Positions 47,386-57,956 of a stretch of DNA of 64,000 nt are shown here, in pieces. This DNA is from Ruminococcus sp. (GTDB lineage: Bacteria > Bacillota > Clostridia > Oscillospirales > Ruminococcaceae). The position numbers and the translations under genes were made by a program. Location: the NCBI GenBank assembly GCA_017960805.1, contig JAGCYM010000023.1, forward strand, positions 43,103 to 107,102. Reading direction: 5' to 3'. The stretch's first letter is position 1; each line of letters opens with the position of its first letter. The notes beneath the pieces were generated by a model, which did no database searches, was not told the DNA's origin, and saw only the letters and a program-made list of their open reading frames with translations.

Positions 47386-48138
47386 ATGCAAAGTATTTAC
47401 TTCAATAAACTGAGAGAGCTGCTCTCACTCGAATACAACTGCTCGCCCGACGACTTTCTTCAGAGCGAAAACATACTGACAGTATCGGCTCTTCACGAAG
47501 GACGGCGGCAGTATATACCCGACAGATATTTCTTCCATATGGCTACCCTCGGAGGAAATACCGTTGTCACTTCAAACGAGTGTCTGCAGGATTTCCTTGA
47601 AGATTATATCCACAAGATTCAGGGACACTGGCTGTTCGCGCTTCCAAATCTCCTTCCTATCGAACGGGAACTGAATAAGTACAGCTTTACTCTCACACAG
47701 TCTCACCACATGTTCCTCCCTGAAAGGCAGATTGTTCCATCCGCTTCATTTCCCGTGAAATGGTTTTATGACGACGAGATATATCAGTTCTACGGCGATG
47801 AGCGTTTTCCGAATGCGATATGTCCGGAATATCTTCCAGAACGCCCCGACAGGATAGTCGTCTGCGCTTATGACGGCGACAGGATAATGGGAATGGCAGG
47901 CTGCTCAGAGGACGCGCCTCACTGGCAGCAGATAGGCATAGATGTTATGCCAGAGTACCGTTCAAAGGGTGTGGGCACATATCTTGTTAACCTGCTGAAG
48001 AACAAGATAACCGAGCGCGGCGATATACCATTCTACGGCACAGCTGTCGCAAACTACTATTCCTGGAACATAGCGCTGAACTGTGGTTTCAAGCCCGTAT
48101 GGGCTGAAATAGGTGCAAAACCTTGTGAAAGTGAATAA
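47386..48138 (+). CDS. GNAT family acetyltransferase
   Basis: QIGIDVMPEYRSKGVG, PFYGT and A..CGF motifs; start chosen after the GIY-YIG stop. Confidence 0.8.
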   Translation: MQSIYFNKLRELLSLEYNCSPDDFLQSENILTVSALHEGRRQYIPDRYFFHMATLGGNTVVTSNECLQDFLEDYIHKIQGHWLFALPNLLPIERELNKYSFTLTQSHHMFLPERQIVPSASFPVKWFYDDEIYQFYGDERFPNAICPEYLPERPDRIVVCAYDGDRIMGMAGCSEDAPHWQQIGIDVMPEYRSKGVGTYLVNLLKNKITERGDIPFYGTAVANYYSWNIALNCGFKPVWAEIGAKPCESE

Positions 48139-48147
48139 AATAGTATC

Positions 48148-48176
48148 ATCGGGCAGTATCTTCTGCCCGATTTTTT
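48148..48176 (+). terminator. Terminator
   Basis: ATCGGGCAG/CTGCCCGAT plus T-tract. Confidence 0.8.
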
Positions 48177-48353
48177 GCTTAATATGTAGTCTTATTCCAC
48201 TATAAATCCGTAATGCGGCGTTTTTTTTTGAAGATTTTTACCAAAAACTATTGCAAAATCTTTTCATTAGTGGTATAATAATTAATGGTTGATTTATATT
48301 ATTATTTATATATCGCCGGTGTGTTACCGCGAACTCGAAAGGAGAGCTGACCT

Positions 48354-48950
48354 TTGACTGCAAAGGAAGAATTTATCTCTATATATAATGAGAATATTAA
48401 GCGAAAAGGTGCAGATAAACTCCTCGAATTCCTGCAAAAGAGCGATTTCTTCACAGCTTCAAGCAGTACCCGTTTTCACGGATCGCACGAAGGAGGTCTT
48501 GTTGAACATAGTCTCAATGTTTATCATTGCCTTAAAGACTATCTTTCACGTCCAAGAGTCAAAGAAATGTACGGGATGGATTTTTCTGAAGAAAGCATCG
48601 CAATAGTTGCTCTTCTTCATGACTTGTGCAAGGTAAACTTCTACACAACTGAAATGCGCAACAAGAAAAATGATGAAACCGGTCAATGGGAAAAAGTACC
48701 TTTCTATACAATAAATGATACTCTCCCCTACGGACACGGTGAAAAATCAGTCTATATCATATCTGGTTACCTTTTCGGAGAAGGACGTCTCACAAGAGAA
48801 GAAGCATGTGCAATACGATGGCACATGGGATTCTCCGGACTTGAAGACAAGAACACAATAGGCAAAGCACTTGAGATGTACCCTCTTGCCTTCGCTCTTC
48901 ATGTAGCAGATATGGAAGCCACATACTTCCTTGAAGGAAGCGATAAATAA
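48354..48950 (+). CDS. HD-domain hydrolase
   Basis: GGLVEHSLNV, LLHDLCK, GHGEKS, IRWHMG and LHVAD motifs; TTG start with AAGGAG RBS. Confidence 0.88.
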   Translation: MTAKEEFISIYNENIKRKGADKLLEFLQKSDFFTASSSTRFHGSHEGGLVEHSLNVYHCLKDYLSRPRVKEMYGMDFSEESIAIVALLHDLCKVNFYTTEMRNKKNDETGQWEKVPFYTINDTLPYGHGEKSVYIISGYLFGEGRLTREEACAIRWHMGFSGLEDKNTIGKALEMYPLAFALHVADMEATYFLEGSDK

Positions 48951-48990
48951 GACTTAAATAGCAAATTCTGTATAAAGGAGTAGATTAACA

Positions 48991-50589
48991 ATGAACTGGT
49001 ACGACAACGCCATAATCTATCACATCTATCCACTTGGTTTCTGCGGCGCACCAAAATTCAATGATTTTGGTGACGAAATTTCCTTCCGTCTTGATAAAGT
49101 TCTTGACTGGATTCCTCACTTCAAGGAAATGAACGTAGACGCTATCTACTTCGGACCTGTTTTTGAATCAGTTGAACACGGATATGATACTGTTGACTTC
49201 AAGAAAATAGACCGTCGTCTTGGTGATAACAATTCTTTCCGCTTCATATGTGACCGTCTTCACGAAAACGGCATCAGAGTCATACTCGACGGCGTTTTTA
49301 ATCATGTAGGCAGAAAATTCCCTCAATTTGTCGACGTCCAGGAAAAAGGACAGGGAAGCGGATACTGTGACTGGTTCGCAAATCTCAACTTTGGCGGTCA
49401 GAGCCCATGCGGCGATCCATTCTGGTACGAAGGATGGAACGGACATTATAACCTTGTTAAACTTAATCTTCGCAACGTAGGTGTTTGTGACCACATCATC
49501 GACGCTGTAAATTACTGGATAGAATCATTTGGCATTGATGGTATTCGCTTTGATGCCGCGGACTGCATTGATTTTGATTTTTTCAAGAGAATCAGAAGCT
49601 TCTGCAAAGGCAAGAAGCGTGACTTCTGGCTTATGGGTGAAATCATCCACGGTGACTACAACCGCTGGGCTAACCCTGAAATGCTCGACAGTGTTACAAA
49701 CTATGAGTGCTACAAGGGACTCTACTCCTCACACAATGATAAGAACTATTTCGAGATAGATTACTCTATCAATCGCCAGTCCGGTGCAAACGGTGGTATC
49801 TACAGGAACATCAATCTATACAACTTTGTTGATAATCATGATGTTAACCGTCTCGCTAGTACAGTAAACAATCCTGCATACCTACCGCTCATATATACTC
49901 TTGAGTATGCAATGCCTGGCATTCCATCCATTTATTACGGAAGTGAATATGGTATACAGGGTCATAAGGAAAACAATTCCGATGACAATCTCCGTCCCTG
50001 CCTGCATCTGGCAGACATGGAACGTGAAAACGAAGAGCTTTACCAGCATATAGTCAAACTCGGACGTATCTATAGAGCATACCCAGCAATGAGAACAGGA
50101 AGCTACGAACGTATCCAGATTACAAATCAACAGCTTCTCTTCAAGAAGGTTCAGGGAGATCAGACTGTTTATGTCGCTCTCAATCTTGCTGATTACCCAT
50201 ATGAGTTCCACTTTGGCACTCACCTTCCGGCACTTGTCGATGTACTCAGCGCATCTCAGATAGATGTATCAGACGGCAACGCACATATTACTCTCCAGCC
50301 GTTCACATCAATGATAATTGTAGCTGATGATATCGTTAATACTGAACCGGAAGCAGCCCCTGCTCATGAAGAGGCTCCTCACGACGAAACCGAAGTTGAG
50401 GTAGGCGCTCACTATCGGCACTACAAGGGCAATGAATATGAAGTCATTGCAATAGCACGTCACAGTGAAAACAACGAGGAACTTGTTATTTACAAATCTG
50501 TGAAGGACGGCAGTGTATGGGCTCGTCCAAAGGCAATATTCTGCGGCAAAGCCGGCGACGGCACTATTCACCGTTTTACAAAGCTTTAA
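48991..50589 (+). CDS. Cytoplasmic GH13 (neopullulanase/cyclomaltodextrinase-like) fused to DUF1653
   Basis: HGYDT, DGVFNH, GIRFD, GEI, FVDNHD and IYYGSE motifs; C-terminal YRHYKGNEYEV...HSE...VIY...WARP. Confidence 0.88.
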   Translation: MNWYDNAIIYHIYPLGFCGAPKFNDFGDEISFRLDKVLDWIPHFKEMNVDAIYFGPVFESVEHGYDTVDFKKIDRRLGDNNSFRFICDRLHENGIRVILDGVFNHVGRKFPQFVDVQEKGQGSGYCDWFANLNFGGQSPCGDPFWYEGWNGHYNLVKLNLRNVGVCDHIIDAVNYWIESFGIDGIRFDAADCIDFDFFKRIRSFCKGKKRDFWLMGEIIHGDYNRWANPEMLDSVTNYECYKGLYSSHNDKNYFEIDYSINRQSGANGGIYRNINLYNFVDNHDVNRLASTVNNPAYLPLIYTLEYAMPGIPSIYYGSEYGIQGHKENNSDDNLRPCLHLADMERENEELYQHIVKLGRIYRAYPAMRTGSYERIQITNQQLLFKKVQGDQTVYVALNLADYPYEFHFGTHLPALVDVLSASQIDVSDGNAHITLQPFTSMIIVADDIVNTEPEAAPAHEEAPHDETEVEVGAHYRHYKGNEYEVIAIARHSENNEELVIYKSVKDGSVWARPKAIFCGKAGDGTIHRFTKL

Positions 50590-50757
50590 TTCAAATTATT
50601 AGTTTATGCCATAGTACTTTTGACATTCCTTCAGAAGCACTATGGCATTTCTATTATATTCAGCATGACATATATAATAAAGAACAAGCCCTGAAGCAGC
50701 TTATGTTACACAACGCTGCCTCAGGGCAATAATTCTTAGTAAATTTGTGAGCTGCAA

Positions 50758-51675
50758 TCATGTAATTCCAGACAGATCAAAATCAGGGACATACTCCTCT
50801 TTAGCCGAAGAACTATCCTGCGTAAATCCATTTAGTCCAAGCTCAGTAGCTTTACGCACGACACTATTGTACTCCATTTTTGTAACATGACGTTTAAGAT
50901 CAGTAAAAATGTCAGGAATGAAATCAAACGGAGTATACTGATTCATAATACTGATAAGTACCTGTTCTGAATCAGTATTCTCTGCTATCCATTCCATTAT
51001 TCTTATGCTGTCATGACGACAGCCAGGTATAACAAGATGCCGTATAACTGTTCCACGCAAAAGTCCGCCTTCATCATTATAGCAAAGATCACCTGTCTGG
51101 CGTATCATTTCAAGAACCGCTTCTGAAGCATACTCAAAATAATCCGGTGCATTTGAATACTTCTCTGATATCTCTGACGAATAATACTTTATATCAGGAA
51201 GGTACACATCCACAAGGCCTTCAAGCCTGCGAATCGTCTCCTTTAGCTCATAACCACCGGTATTGTAAACTACCGGAACAGAAAGACGATTCTTAACCTT
51301 TTCCAGAGCATATATTATATCAGGGATAAAATGAGTCGGTGTAACAAGCTCAATATTATCAGCACCATCATCCTGCAAGCGAAGGAATATATCGGAAAGC
51401 CGGTCTGCTGGAACCTGTGCACCGAATCCTTCACTGCTAATAACATTATTCTGACAGTATACGCAGTGAAGACTGCAACCTGTGAAGAAAACTGTTCCTG
51501 CACCATTTTTATACGCAATACAAGGCTCCTCCCATTTGTGAAGACAAGCCTTGGCAGCCATAGGAACAGCTCCCATTCCACAATATCCAGAACTTATAGT
51601 GCGGTCTGCCCTGCATCTACGAGGACACAGAGTACAGCATTTGTATTCATTTTTTGAGATAGACACTGAAGTCAT
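50758..51675 (-). CDS. Radical SAM protein, PflX-like
   Basis: CTLCPRRC, H.WEEP, CSLHCVYCQN, VDVYLPDIKY and IRHLV motifs; GGAGGAAAGG before ATG 51675. Confidence 0.88.
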   Translation of the reverse strand: MTSVSISKNEYKCCTLCPRRCRADRTISSGYCGMGAVPMAAKACLHKWEEPCIAYKNGAGTVFFTGCSLHCVYCQNNVISSEGFGAQVPADRLSDIFLRLQDDGADNIELVTPTHFIPDIIYALEKVKNRLSVPVVYNTGGYELKETIRRLEGLVDVYLPDIKYYSSEISEKYSNAPDYFEYASEAVLEMIRQTGDLCYNDEGGLLRGTVIRHLVIPGCRHDSIRIMEWIAENTDSEQVLISIMNQYTPFDFIPDIFTDLKRHVTKMEYNSVVRKATELGLNGFTQDSSSAKEEYVPDFDLSGIT

Positions 51676-52861
51676 CCTTTCCTCCCGTCGAAAGGTAAGC
51701 GTAATATCCAAGGATACTGGATGCATCTTTTGAATCTGTAAGTCCATCAGCATTGACATCGGCAGCAATCTTCTGAGCAGACGTGAAAGACCCATTTTCA
51801 CCAGTTGAAAGACGTGAATACTCAGTCAGTATAAATGAGGCATCTTTAGCATCCACGACCCCGTCACTATTCGGGTCACCCAGAGTAGGAACCTTACCAA
51901 GTGAAACGAAGTTATATCCATACTTTTTGGCATAGGACTCAGCTGTTGAACCGTCATACCCCTTGATAGTACCTGAAAATTCATTATTTCCATTTGTAAA
52001 TGTAGTCGCACGGTCATATATCTTACAATCAGGTGAAAGAACTGTCACCTCTGAAAGAGCAGTACAGTTAATGAAAGCCTGTGAGCCGATATTTTCCACA
52101 GATGCCGGAATAATCACAGACTCAAGGGCGGAACAAGCGTTGAACGAGTTATAGCCAAGTTTTGTCACTGATTCAGGTATCGTCACTAAGGTAATCTTTG
52201 AACATCTTTCAACTGCCTGATCACAGATAACCGTAACTGTTGACGGAATGACAACTTCACCGGATATATCGTAATACACGCTTATGAGCATACCATTTAC
52301 AATAACAAACGGTGTTTCCATGCTTCTTCTCTCATTCAACCACGGTGTGCTTGAGAATGCGAGAGCGCCGATAGATGTTACAGACTCGGGTATCTTCACT
52401 TCGCTCAGTTTCTTGCACTGTACAAAAGCGCTCGAACCGATATTTGTAACACCATTTGGTATCTCAATTGAGGTTAGTTCACTACAAGCAGCAAATGAAT
52501 ATGAACCGATCGTCTTCAATGTATCCGGCAACGAAACCGATGTAAGCTTTTTACAGTTATCAAACATACTTATTCCGATACTCTCTACACCTTTTCCAAT
52601 GATCACAGAAGTAATTTCATCCTTGAAAGACGCCCACGGACACGGATTGGCGTCTGTATTGGAATCCATATTACCATTTCCACTGACAGAAAGAGTACCG
52701 TTGCTGAATGACCATGTCATTGATTTTCCGCATGTTCCAGAAGTCACCTCAGCAGAATGAGCTGAAAAGATCTCACCGGATCTGAAGCCAATGTATGAAT
52801 ACGAATAAGAACAAAGCACGGTAATAGCCAGAACTGAAGCTATAATTCTTTTCAAATACAT
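51647..52861 (-). CDS. BspA-type leucine-rich-repeat protein with dockerin
   Basis: Signal peptide; repeats of LxxVxIPxxVTxIGxxAFxxC; C-terminal dockerin DAKDAS/DSKDAS. Confidence 0.9.
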   Translation of the reverse strand: MYLKRIIASVLAITVLCSYSYSYIGFRSGEIFSAHSAEVTSGTCGKSMTWSFSNGTLSVSGNGNMDSNTDANPCPWASFKDEITSVIIGKGVESIGISMFDNCKKLTSVSLPDTLKTIGSYSFAACSELTSIEIPNGVTNIGSSAFVQCKKLSEVKIPESVTSIGALAFSSTPWLNERRSMETPFVIVNGMLISVYYDISGEVVIPSTVTVICDQAVERCSKITLVTIPESVTKLGYNSFNACSALESVIIPASVENIGSQAFINCTALSEVTVLSPDCKIYDRATTFTNGNNEFSGTIKGYDGSTAESYAKKYGYNFVSLGKVPTLGDPNSDGVVDAKDASFILTEYSRLSTGENGSFTSAQKIAADVNADGLTDSKDASSILGYYAYLSTGGKDDFSVYLKK

Positions 52862-53026
52862 TCATCCCCTATCATTTAGGAATTCATGATTATTATATCA
52901 TCACCGCAATTATTAGTCAAGAACAGAACGCAATCACAATAATTGCATATTTTTACAAAAAGGTTGCAAAACACTTCCAAACGTGATATAATAATTTTGT
53001 ATTTTGTTTTTTACAGGAGAAAAATC

Positions 53027-53986
53027 ATGAATAACAATTACTATGCAAAACAGATTAATGATGTCGTTGCCGAAGTTAAAAAGGCAGTTATCGGCAAGGA
53101 TGCGATAATTATTAAAACCCTACTTGCTATACTCTGTAAAGGTCATATTCTTATAGAGGATATTCCAGGTGTTGGTAAAACAACTCTCGCTCTCGCATTC
53201 TCAAAAGCTCTTTCTCTTGAGCATAACCGTATGCAGTTTACTCCGGATGTTCTTCCATCTGATGTTACAGGTTTCTCAGTATTCAACAAAGCAAAGAATA
53301 CTTTTGAGTTCCGTCCAGGTGTTGCCTTCTGTAATCTTTTTCTTGCTGATGAGATCAACCGTACCTCAAGCAAGACGCAATCAGCGCTTCTGGAATTAAT
53401 GGAAGAAAAAAGTATAACTGTTGACGGTAATACATATAAGCTTCCTGAACCATATACCGTTATTGCTACACAGAACCCTATTGGCTCGGCTGGTACTCAC
53501 AACCTTCCGGACTCTCAGCTTGACCGATTCATGATCAAGCTCAGCATGGGATATCCTGATTTCCTTGGCGAGGTAACGATCCTGAAATCCAAATTCAACT
53601 CAAACCCGCTTGATGAAGTTCAGGAAGTTGCTAATGCTCGGATGATTGTTGAGCTTCAGGATTATATCTCAAATATCTATGTAGATGACAGAATCTACGA
53701 ATATATTGTTCAGCTTTCTGCCGCAACCAGAAATCACCCGATGATAAAGCTCGGTGTAAGCCCTCGTGGTACTCTTGCCCTTATGCAGATATCTAAAGGT
53801 ATTGCTGCAGCTATGGGACGTGATTATGTTATACCGGATGATATTGTATACATTTGCAGTGATGTTTTTGAACATCGAATAATTCTCAACTCAAAGGCAA
53901 AGCTCTCTGAAGTTACAGCAGCAAGCGTCATAGCGGACATACTAAAGAAGGTACCAGCTCCTGGTATTTCTGAAAAGCAGGTCTGA
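53027..53986 (+). CDS. moxR: MoxR-family AAA+ ATPase
   Basis: IPGVGKT, QFTPDVLPSD, LADEINR, ATQNP and QLDRF motifs. Confidence 0.93.
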   Translation: MNNNYYAKQINDVVAEVKKAVIGKDAIIIKTLLAILCKGHILIEDIPGVGKTTLALAFSKALSLEHNRMQFTPDVLPSDVTGFSVFNKAKNTFEFRPGVAFCNLFLADEINRTSSKTQSALLELMEEKSITVDGNTYKLPEPYTVIATQNPIGSAGTHNLPDSQLDRFMIKLSMGYPDFLGEVTILKSKFNSNPLDEVQEVANARMIVELQDYISNIYVDDRIYEYIVQLSAATRNHPMIKLGVSPRGTLALMQISKGIAAAMGRDYVIPDDIVYICSDVFEHRIILNSKAKLSEVTAASVIADILKKVPAPGISEKQV

Positions 53987-53989
53987 AAC

Positions 53990-55189
53990 ATGCTTCTGAT
54001 GAAAGTATTCTTTGCCGTGCTTATCATTATTTGCGCGGTATTCTATGTAATGTATCTCTGGGATTTCGCACTGGTTCTGCTTATCGTTGTATGTGCAATC
54101 CCAGTCCTTATGTTCATAACAACATATATTACAAAGCTGCTTATCAAAGTTGATATGTCAGTAAAAAACGGTACTGCTTCAAAGCGTGAGGACTTTCCCG
54201 TTTTTCTAAGAATAAACAACAGGTCTATATTTTCTGTTGGAAAAGCTGACGCTCACATTGAATACTACAACGTTTTCAATAATGAAATAAACACATTTGA
54301 ACTACATATGCCAGTCCAGCCCCTTAATGAACAAAGTGTTACTTTTCAGCTTAGTTCACAGTACTGTGGTATTATAAATATCAAATGTGCCTTCATATAC
54401 ATATATGATCCTCTTAAGATATTCAAATTCAAAGTCGGCAAGAACCTTACAACTCAGATAGCTATCATGCCGGAAGGCCATGAGATAAGCGGAGAAGTCA
54501 GCTACGTCGACAGAATCAATGAAGAAAGCAATGTATTCTCTGAGCACAAACCCGGTGATGACCCATCTGAAGTATTTGACCTGCGTGGCTATCATCCAGG
54601 TGACAAGCTTAACCGCATTCACTGGAAACTCAGTTCCAAGAAAAATGAATTCATAGTAAAAGACTACAGCCTCCCTGTGGATACTCCATGCACGCTGTTT
54701 TTAGATCTGAAACCATACGAGAATAATAGCCCTAAGTTTACTCTTCCAATATTTGATACACTGGTAGAATCACTTGTCTCAGTATCACAGTTCATGCTGG
54801 AAAACGAGCGCCTTCATTCAATAGTATTCTATAACGGAAAAGAAAATGGGTTCGTTGAACGAAACATCAATGACTCTGACGACCTTGCAGGAGTAATTCA
54901 GGAACTCATTCTCTCGGTATCCGACAATCTCTTCTGTGAACCGCCTGAACTTTTCTTTTCTGAACACAGTGGTTTATCGCTATCGTCTTTTACATTTATT
55001 TCCTCTGTTACCGATTCAACTATACTGGAATATATTGATGACAATATTGATGCGGATATACTTAACGCACTTATTGTAGTCCCCTCCTCAGAAGCTGCTT
55101 CAAAACTTACGGTTGGATTCCCCAACCTGAATGTTTTCCCTGTAGTAATGGGAAGAATCAGTTTCTCAGTAAAGGATATTGAACTTTAA
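53990..55189 (+). CDS. DUF58 domain membrane protein
   Basis: N-terminal TMs; DPL.IF and LRGYHPGDKLNRIHWKLSSK motifs; follows MoxR. Confidence 0.88.
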   Translation: MLLMKVFFAVLIIICAVFYVMYLWDFALVLLIVVCAIPVLMFITTYITKLLIKVDMSVKNGTASKREDFPVFLRINNRSIFSVGKADAHIEYYNVFNNEINTFELHMPVQPLNEQSVTFQLSSQYCGIINIKCAFIYIYDPLKIFKFKVGKNLTTQIAIMPEGHEISGEVSYVDRINEESNVFSEHKPGDDPSEVFDLRGYHPGDKLNRIHWKLSSKKNEFIVKDYSLPVDTPCTLFLDLKPYENNSPKFTLPIFDTLVESLVSVSQFMLENERLHSIVFYNGKENGFVERNINDSDDLAGVIQELILSVSDNLFCEPPELFFSEHSGLSLSSFTFISSVTDSTILEYIDDNIDADILNALIVVPSSEAASKLTVGFPNLNVFPVVMGRISFSVKDIEL

Positions 55190-55199
55190 AGGAAAAAGC

Positions 55200-57911
55200 A
55201 TGAAAAACAATTATTCAAAGAACAGCAACGGCATTTCAATATGTGACAGCATAATAATGTCCGTTAAGAAGAAACGCCCGAATTTCAGGGCGATCGAGGC
55301 TGTATTCATAGCTATATGCGGCTTTGTAGCTACGATCATGTCTTTCTTCTCAATGTTCGAATTCAACTATAACCGACCTGCTGTTATATTTGCAGCTATA
55401 CTGTTTTCAGCTGTATATATCACACTTTCGCTTATGGGAAAGCGAGGTATCTGGATCGCGGCAGGATCGTCGTTTATTACGGTAATTGCTTGTTTTCGAT
55501 ATATTGAGAAACTGGCTATCGGCTTCAAATTCGTCTACAACAGGATTTACAGTGCTTCGTATCACACTAATATCAGCTACTACAAGAACTTAAAACCAGA
55601 TATCGAAATTAACAGTGTCACTGCGTTCTTCATTCTTTACATCTGGGCTCTCGCGCTTATATTATACATATTCACAATTTATCGCCCGAACTCAATCCCA
55701 CCGCTCATTGTGTCCTTCCCTGTCCTCGAGGTCGGACTTTACAACGGAATGAAAGTCTCAGTATTCTGGGGTATGATGCTTGTAGCTTACTGGTTCGCAC
55801 TTTTTGCGATGACAGCTATAGACATCGGCGAATACTCAGGCGGAACAGGAGGTTTTGTCCGAAAAGAAAATCTCTTTTTCCCGAAGCGGCAGATGAGGCT
55901 GAAAGTTACCGAAAAATGTGGTGTTCTTTTAATAGCTGAGATTCTAGCTATTACTTTTATATCAGTTGCTACTCTGAAACTCACTGATTACAAGAGAAGT
56001 GATGCGATAAATCGTAAACGTAGTGATGTTCGTGATGCGGTAAACTCTTTCTCAATGGATGATTTTGCCGGAAGTGTATCCAATATTACCAGCGCCTTTG
56101 GAATAACTTTCACGACAGACACGCACAAATTAGGAAATGTTGACTCTCTTCATTACAAGAACAGGACAGATCTTACTGTCACAATCAGCAGACATTTTAA
56201 TGGAGCTATATATCTGAAGGAATTCACAGGAGTTAAATACAATTCAGATGAATGGACAGCCTTCTCTAACTCAGTATATAACAATAAACTGTTTGACAGC
56301 TTTGAAGATTATTCGATTCACCCTCAGGACTTTCCATACACGCTGAATCACCTGATATCCCCCTATAATGATGACTATTCAATGCGTATAGTGTCAAATC
56401 TGCATAACAACCAGAGCTTTTCCCCTTATGGTGCAAGTCCTAAAAGTATTTCAGAATACAACTATGATAAAGATGTCTCTTCAAAAAAGGAAAAAAACGA
56501 ATTCAATTACGACTTTACTCCGTATGATCCAGATGAAGTATTATCATCGCTTGGAAAATCCGTACGTATGGTATGCTCACCTGATCGAATCGAAGATGAC
56601 AAACTGCGTAAGAAAATTGTTGATTTCTGTGATGATAACGGATTGCTGTATAACAGCGGCAATGATTATTTTGCTATGTATTCCCGTCTCGGTATACAGA
56701 CCTCTTCATACTATAATGATCCAGACGCTCTTCTTGCTCAGCTGATGGAGGGAGAATACGAGAAATTTGTTTATGAAAACTATCTGCAAGTACCAAACAC
56801 ACCAGAAATGGCTGAAATCCGAGATGAGTTTTCCCCTCTGCTCAGTGACGACTCTAAAAAGCTAACGGCTAAACAACAGATAGATCGCCTTGATGCTCTC
56901 AAAGATAAAGTCAGCTCTATGGTTGAGTACTCACTAACTCCTGGAAGGACTCCCGGAAACCGAGACTTCATAAACTATTTCCTTTTTGAGAATCATAAGG
57001 GTTACTGCACTCACTATGCATCAACCGGTGTAATTCTCGCAAGAATGGCCGGAATTCCAGCACGATATGCAACAGGCTATGTTATTGTCGGAGATGATTT
57101 CAATGAAGATAACCTGAATCCTACTCTTCACAGCTATACTATAGATGTCAAGGATAACCGCAGTCACGCCTGGGTTGAAGTCTATCTCAGCGGATATGGA
57201 TGGGTTCCATATGAATTTACAGCTGGATATTCACAGCAGTCTATAGATACCACACCTACAACTACGGCTGATCCAAGCATTACAAATACAACTACAACAA
57301 CCGCCGTAACCTCAACTACTTCATCTGATGAAACGCGCACACGTCCTACTCAGAACACTAACACAACAAATACTTCAGCGACAACAACTGCTTTAGTCAC
57401 AAGTGCTTCAACAACCGTTGCTTCAACCGGAGGCTTTGGTCATGGAGGAGGAAGCAAACTTCATCATATAACTATTCCTCCTGCAGTGAAATACACGATA
57501 TATACGATACTTCTCGCAGCAGCATTCATAGCAGCGTTCATTCTCAGAAGAATTCTGATACTGCGTATCAGGCAGAAACGGATCAGCTCGAATGAGCCGG
57601 AAAAACGTATGAGATATATCTACGGATACGCTGAGAAACTTCTTGATATCATGGATATTAAATCTGAAGGTGAATCACGATTGGAATTTGCAGCTAAGGT
57701 CGACAAAGCACTTGGAGGTAAACTCTTCCCCGAGGGAAGCTTCACTTCCTGCACTGACGCAGCTCTACGTGCAGCCTTCTCTGAAGATGTTCCTGACAAA
57801 TCAGAAGTTGACGCTCATATGAAATTTGTCAATTCATTCGCTAAGAATCTTTATGACAAATCCAGTGCTAGACGTAAATTCTGGCTCAAATTCATAAATG
57901 TTATTCAATAA
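55200..57911 (+). CDS. Polytopic membrane transglutaminase-like protein
   Basis: Several TMs; GYCTHYAS, GIPARYATGY, HAWVEVY and GWVPYEFT motifs; Thr-rich linker, TM and DUF4129-like tail. Confidence 0.88.
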   Translation: MKNNYSKNSNGISICDSIIMSVKKKRPNFRAIEAVFIAICGFVATIMSFFSMFEFNYNRPAVIFAAILFSAVYITLSLMGKRGIWIAAGSSFITVIACFRYIEKLAIGFKFVYNRIYSASYHTNISYYKNLKPDIEINSVTAFFILYIWALALILYIFTIYRPNSIPPLIVSFPVLEVGLYNGMKVSVFWGMMLVAYWFALFAMTAIDIGEYSGGTGGFVRKENLFFPKRQMRLKVTEKCGVLLIAEILAITFISVATLKLTDYKRSDAINRKRSDVRDAVNSFSMDDFAGSVSNITSAFGITFTTDTHKLGNVDSLHYKNRTDLTVTISRHFNGAIYLKEFTGVKYNSDEWTAFSNSVYNNKLFDSFEDYSIHPQDFPYTLNHLISPYNDDYSMRIVSNLHNNQSFSPYGASPKSISEYNYDKDVSSKKEKNEFNYDFTPYDPDEVLSSLGKSVRMVCSPDRIEDDKLRKKIVDFCDDNGLLYNSGNDYFAMYSRLGIQTSSYYNDPDALLAQLMEGEYEKFVYENYLQVPNTPEMAEIRDEFSPLLSDDSKKLTAKQQIDRLDALKDKVSSMVEYSLTPGRTPGNRDFINYFLFENHKGYCTHYASTGVILARMAGIPARYATGYVIVGDDFNEDNLNPTLHSYTIDVKDNRSHAWVEVYLSGYGWVPYEFTAGYSQQSIDTTPTTTADPSITNTTTTTAVTSTTSSDETRTRPTQNTNTTNTSATTTALVTSASTTVASTGGFGHGGGSKLHHITIPPAVKYTIYTILLAAAFIAAFILRRILILRIRQKRISSNEPEKRMRYIYGYAEKLLDIMDIKSEGESRLEFAAKVDKALGGKLFPEGSFTSCTDAALRAAFSEDVPDKSEVDAHMKFVNSFAKNLYDKSSARRKFWLKFINVIQ

Positions 57912-57914
57912 CAG

Positions 57915-57955
57915 AAAAACGGCTCTCCAAAAAATATTTGGAGAGTCGATTTTTT
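57915..57955 (+). terminator. Terminator
   Basis: CGGCTCTCCAAA/TTTGGAGAGTCG plus T-tract. Confidence 0.75.
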
Positions 57956-57956
57956 G

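Noticed and set aside
51676-51801. N-terminal extension of the radical SAM ORF given in the track
   Set aside because: It overlaps the dockerin coding region; the RBS supports ATG 51675.
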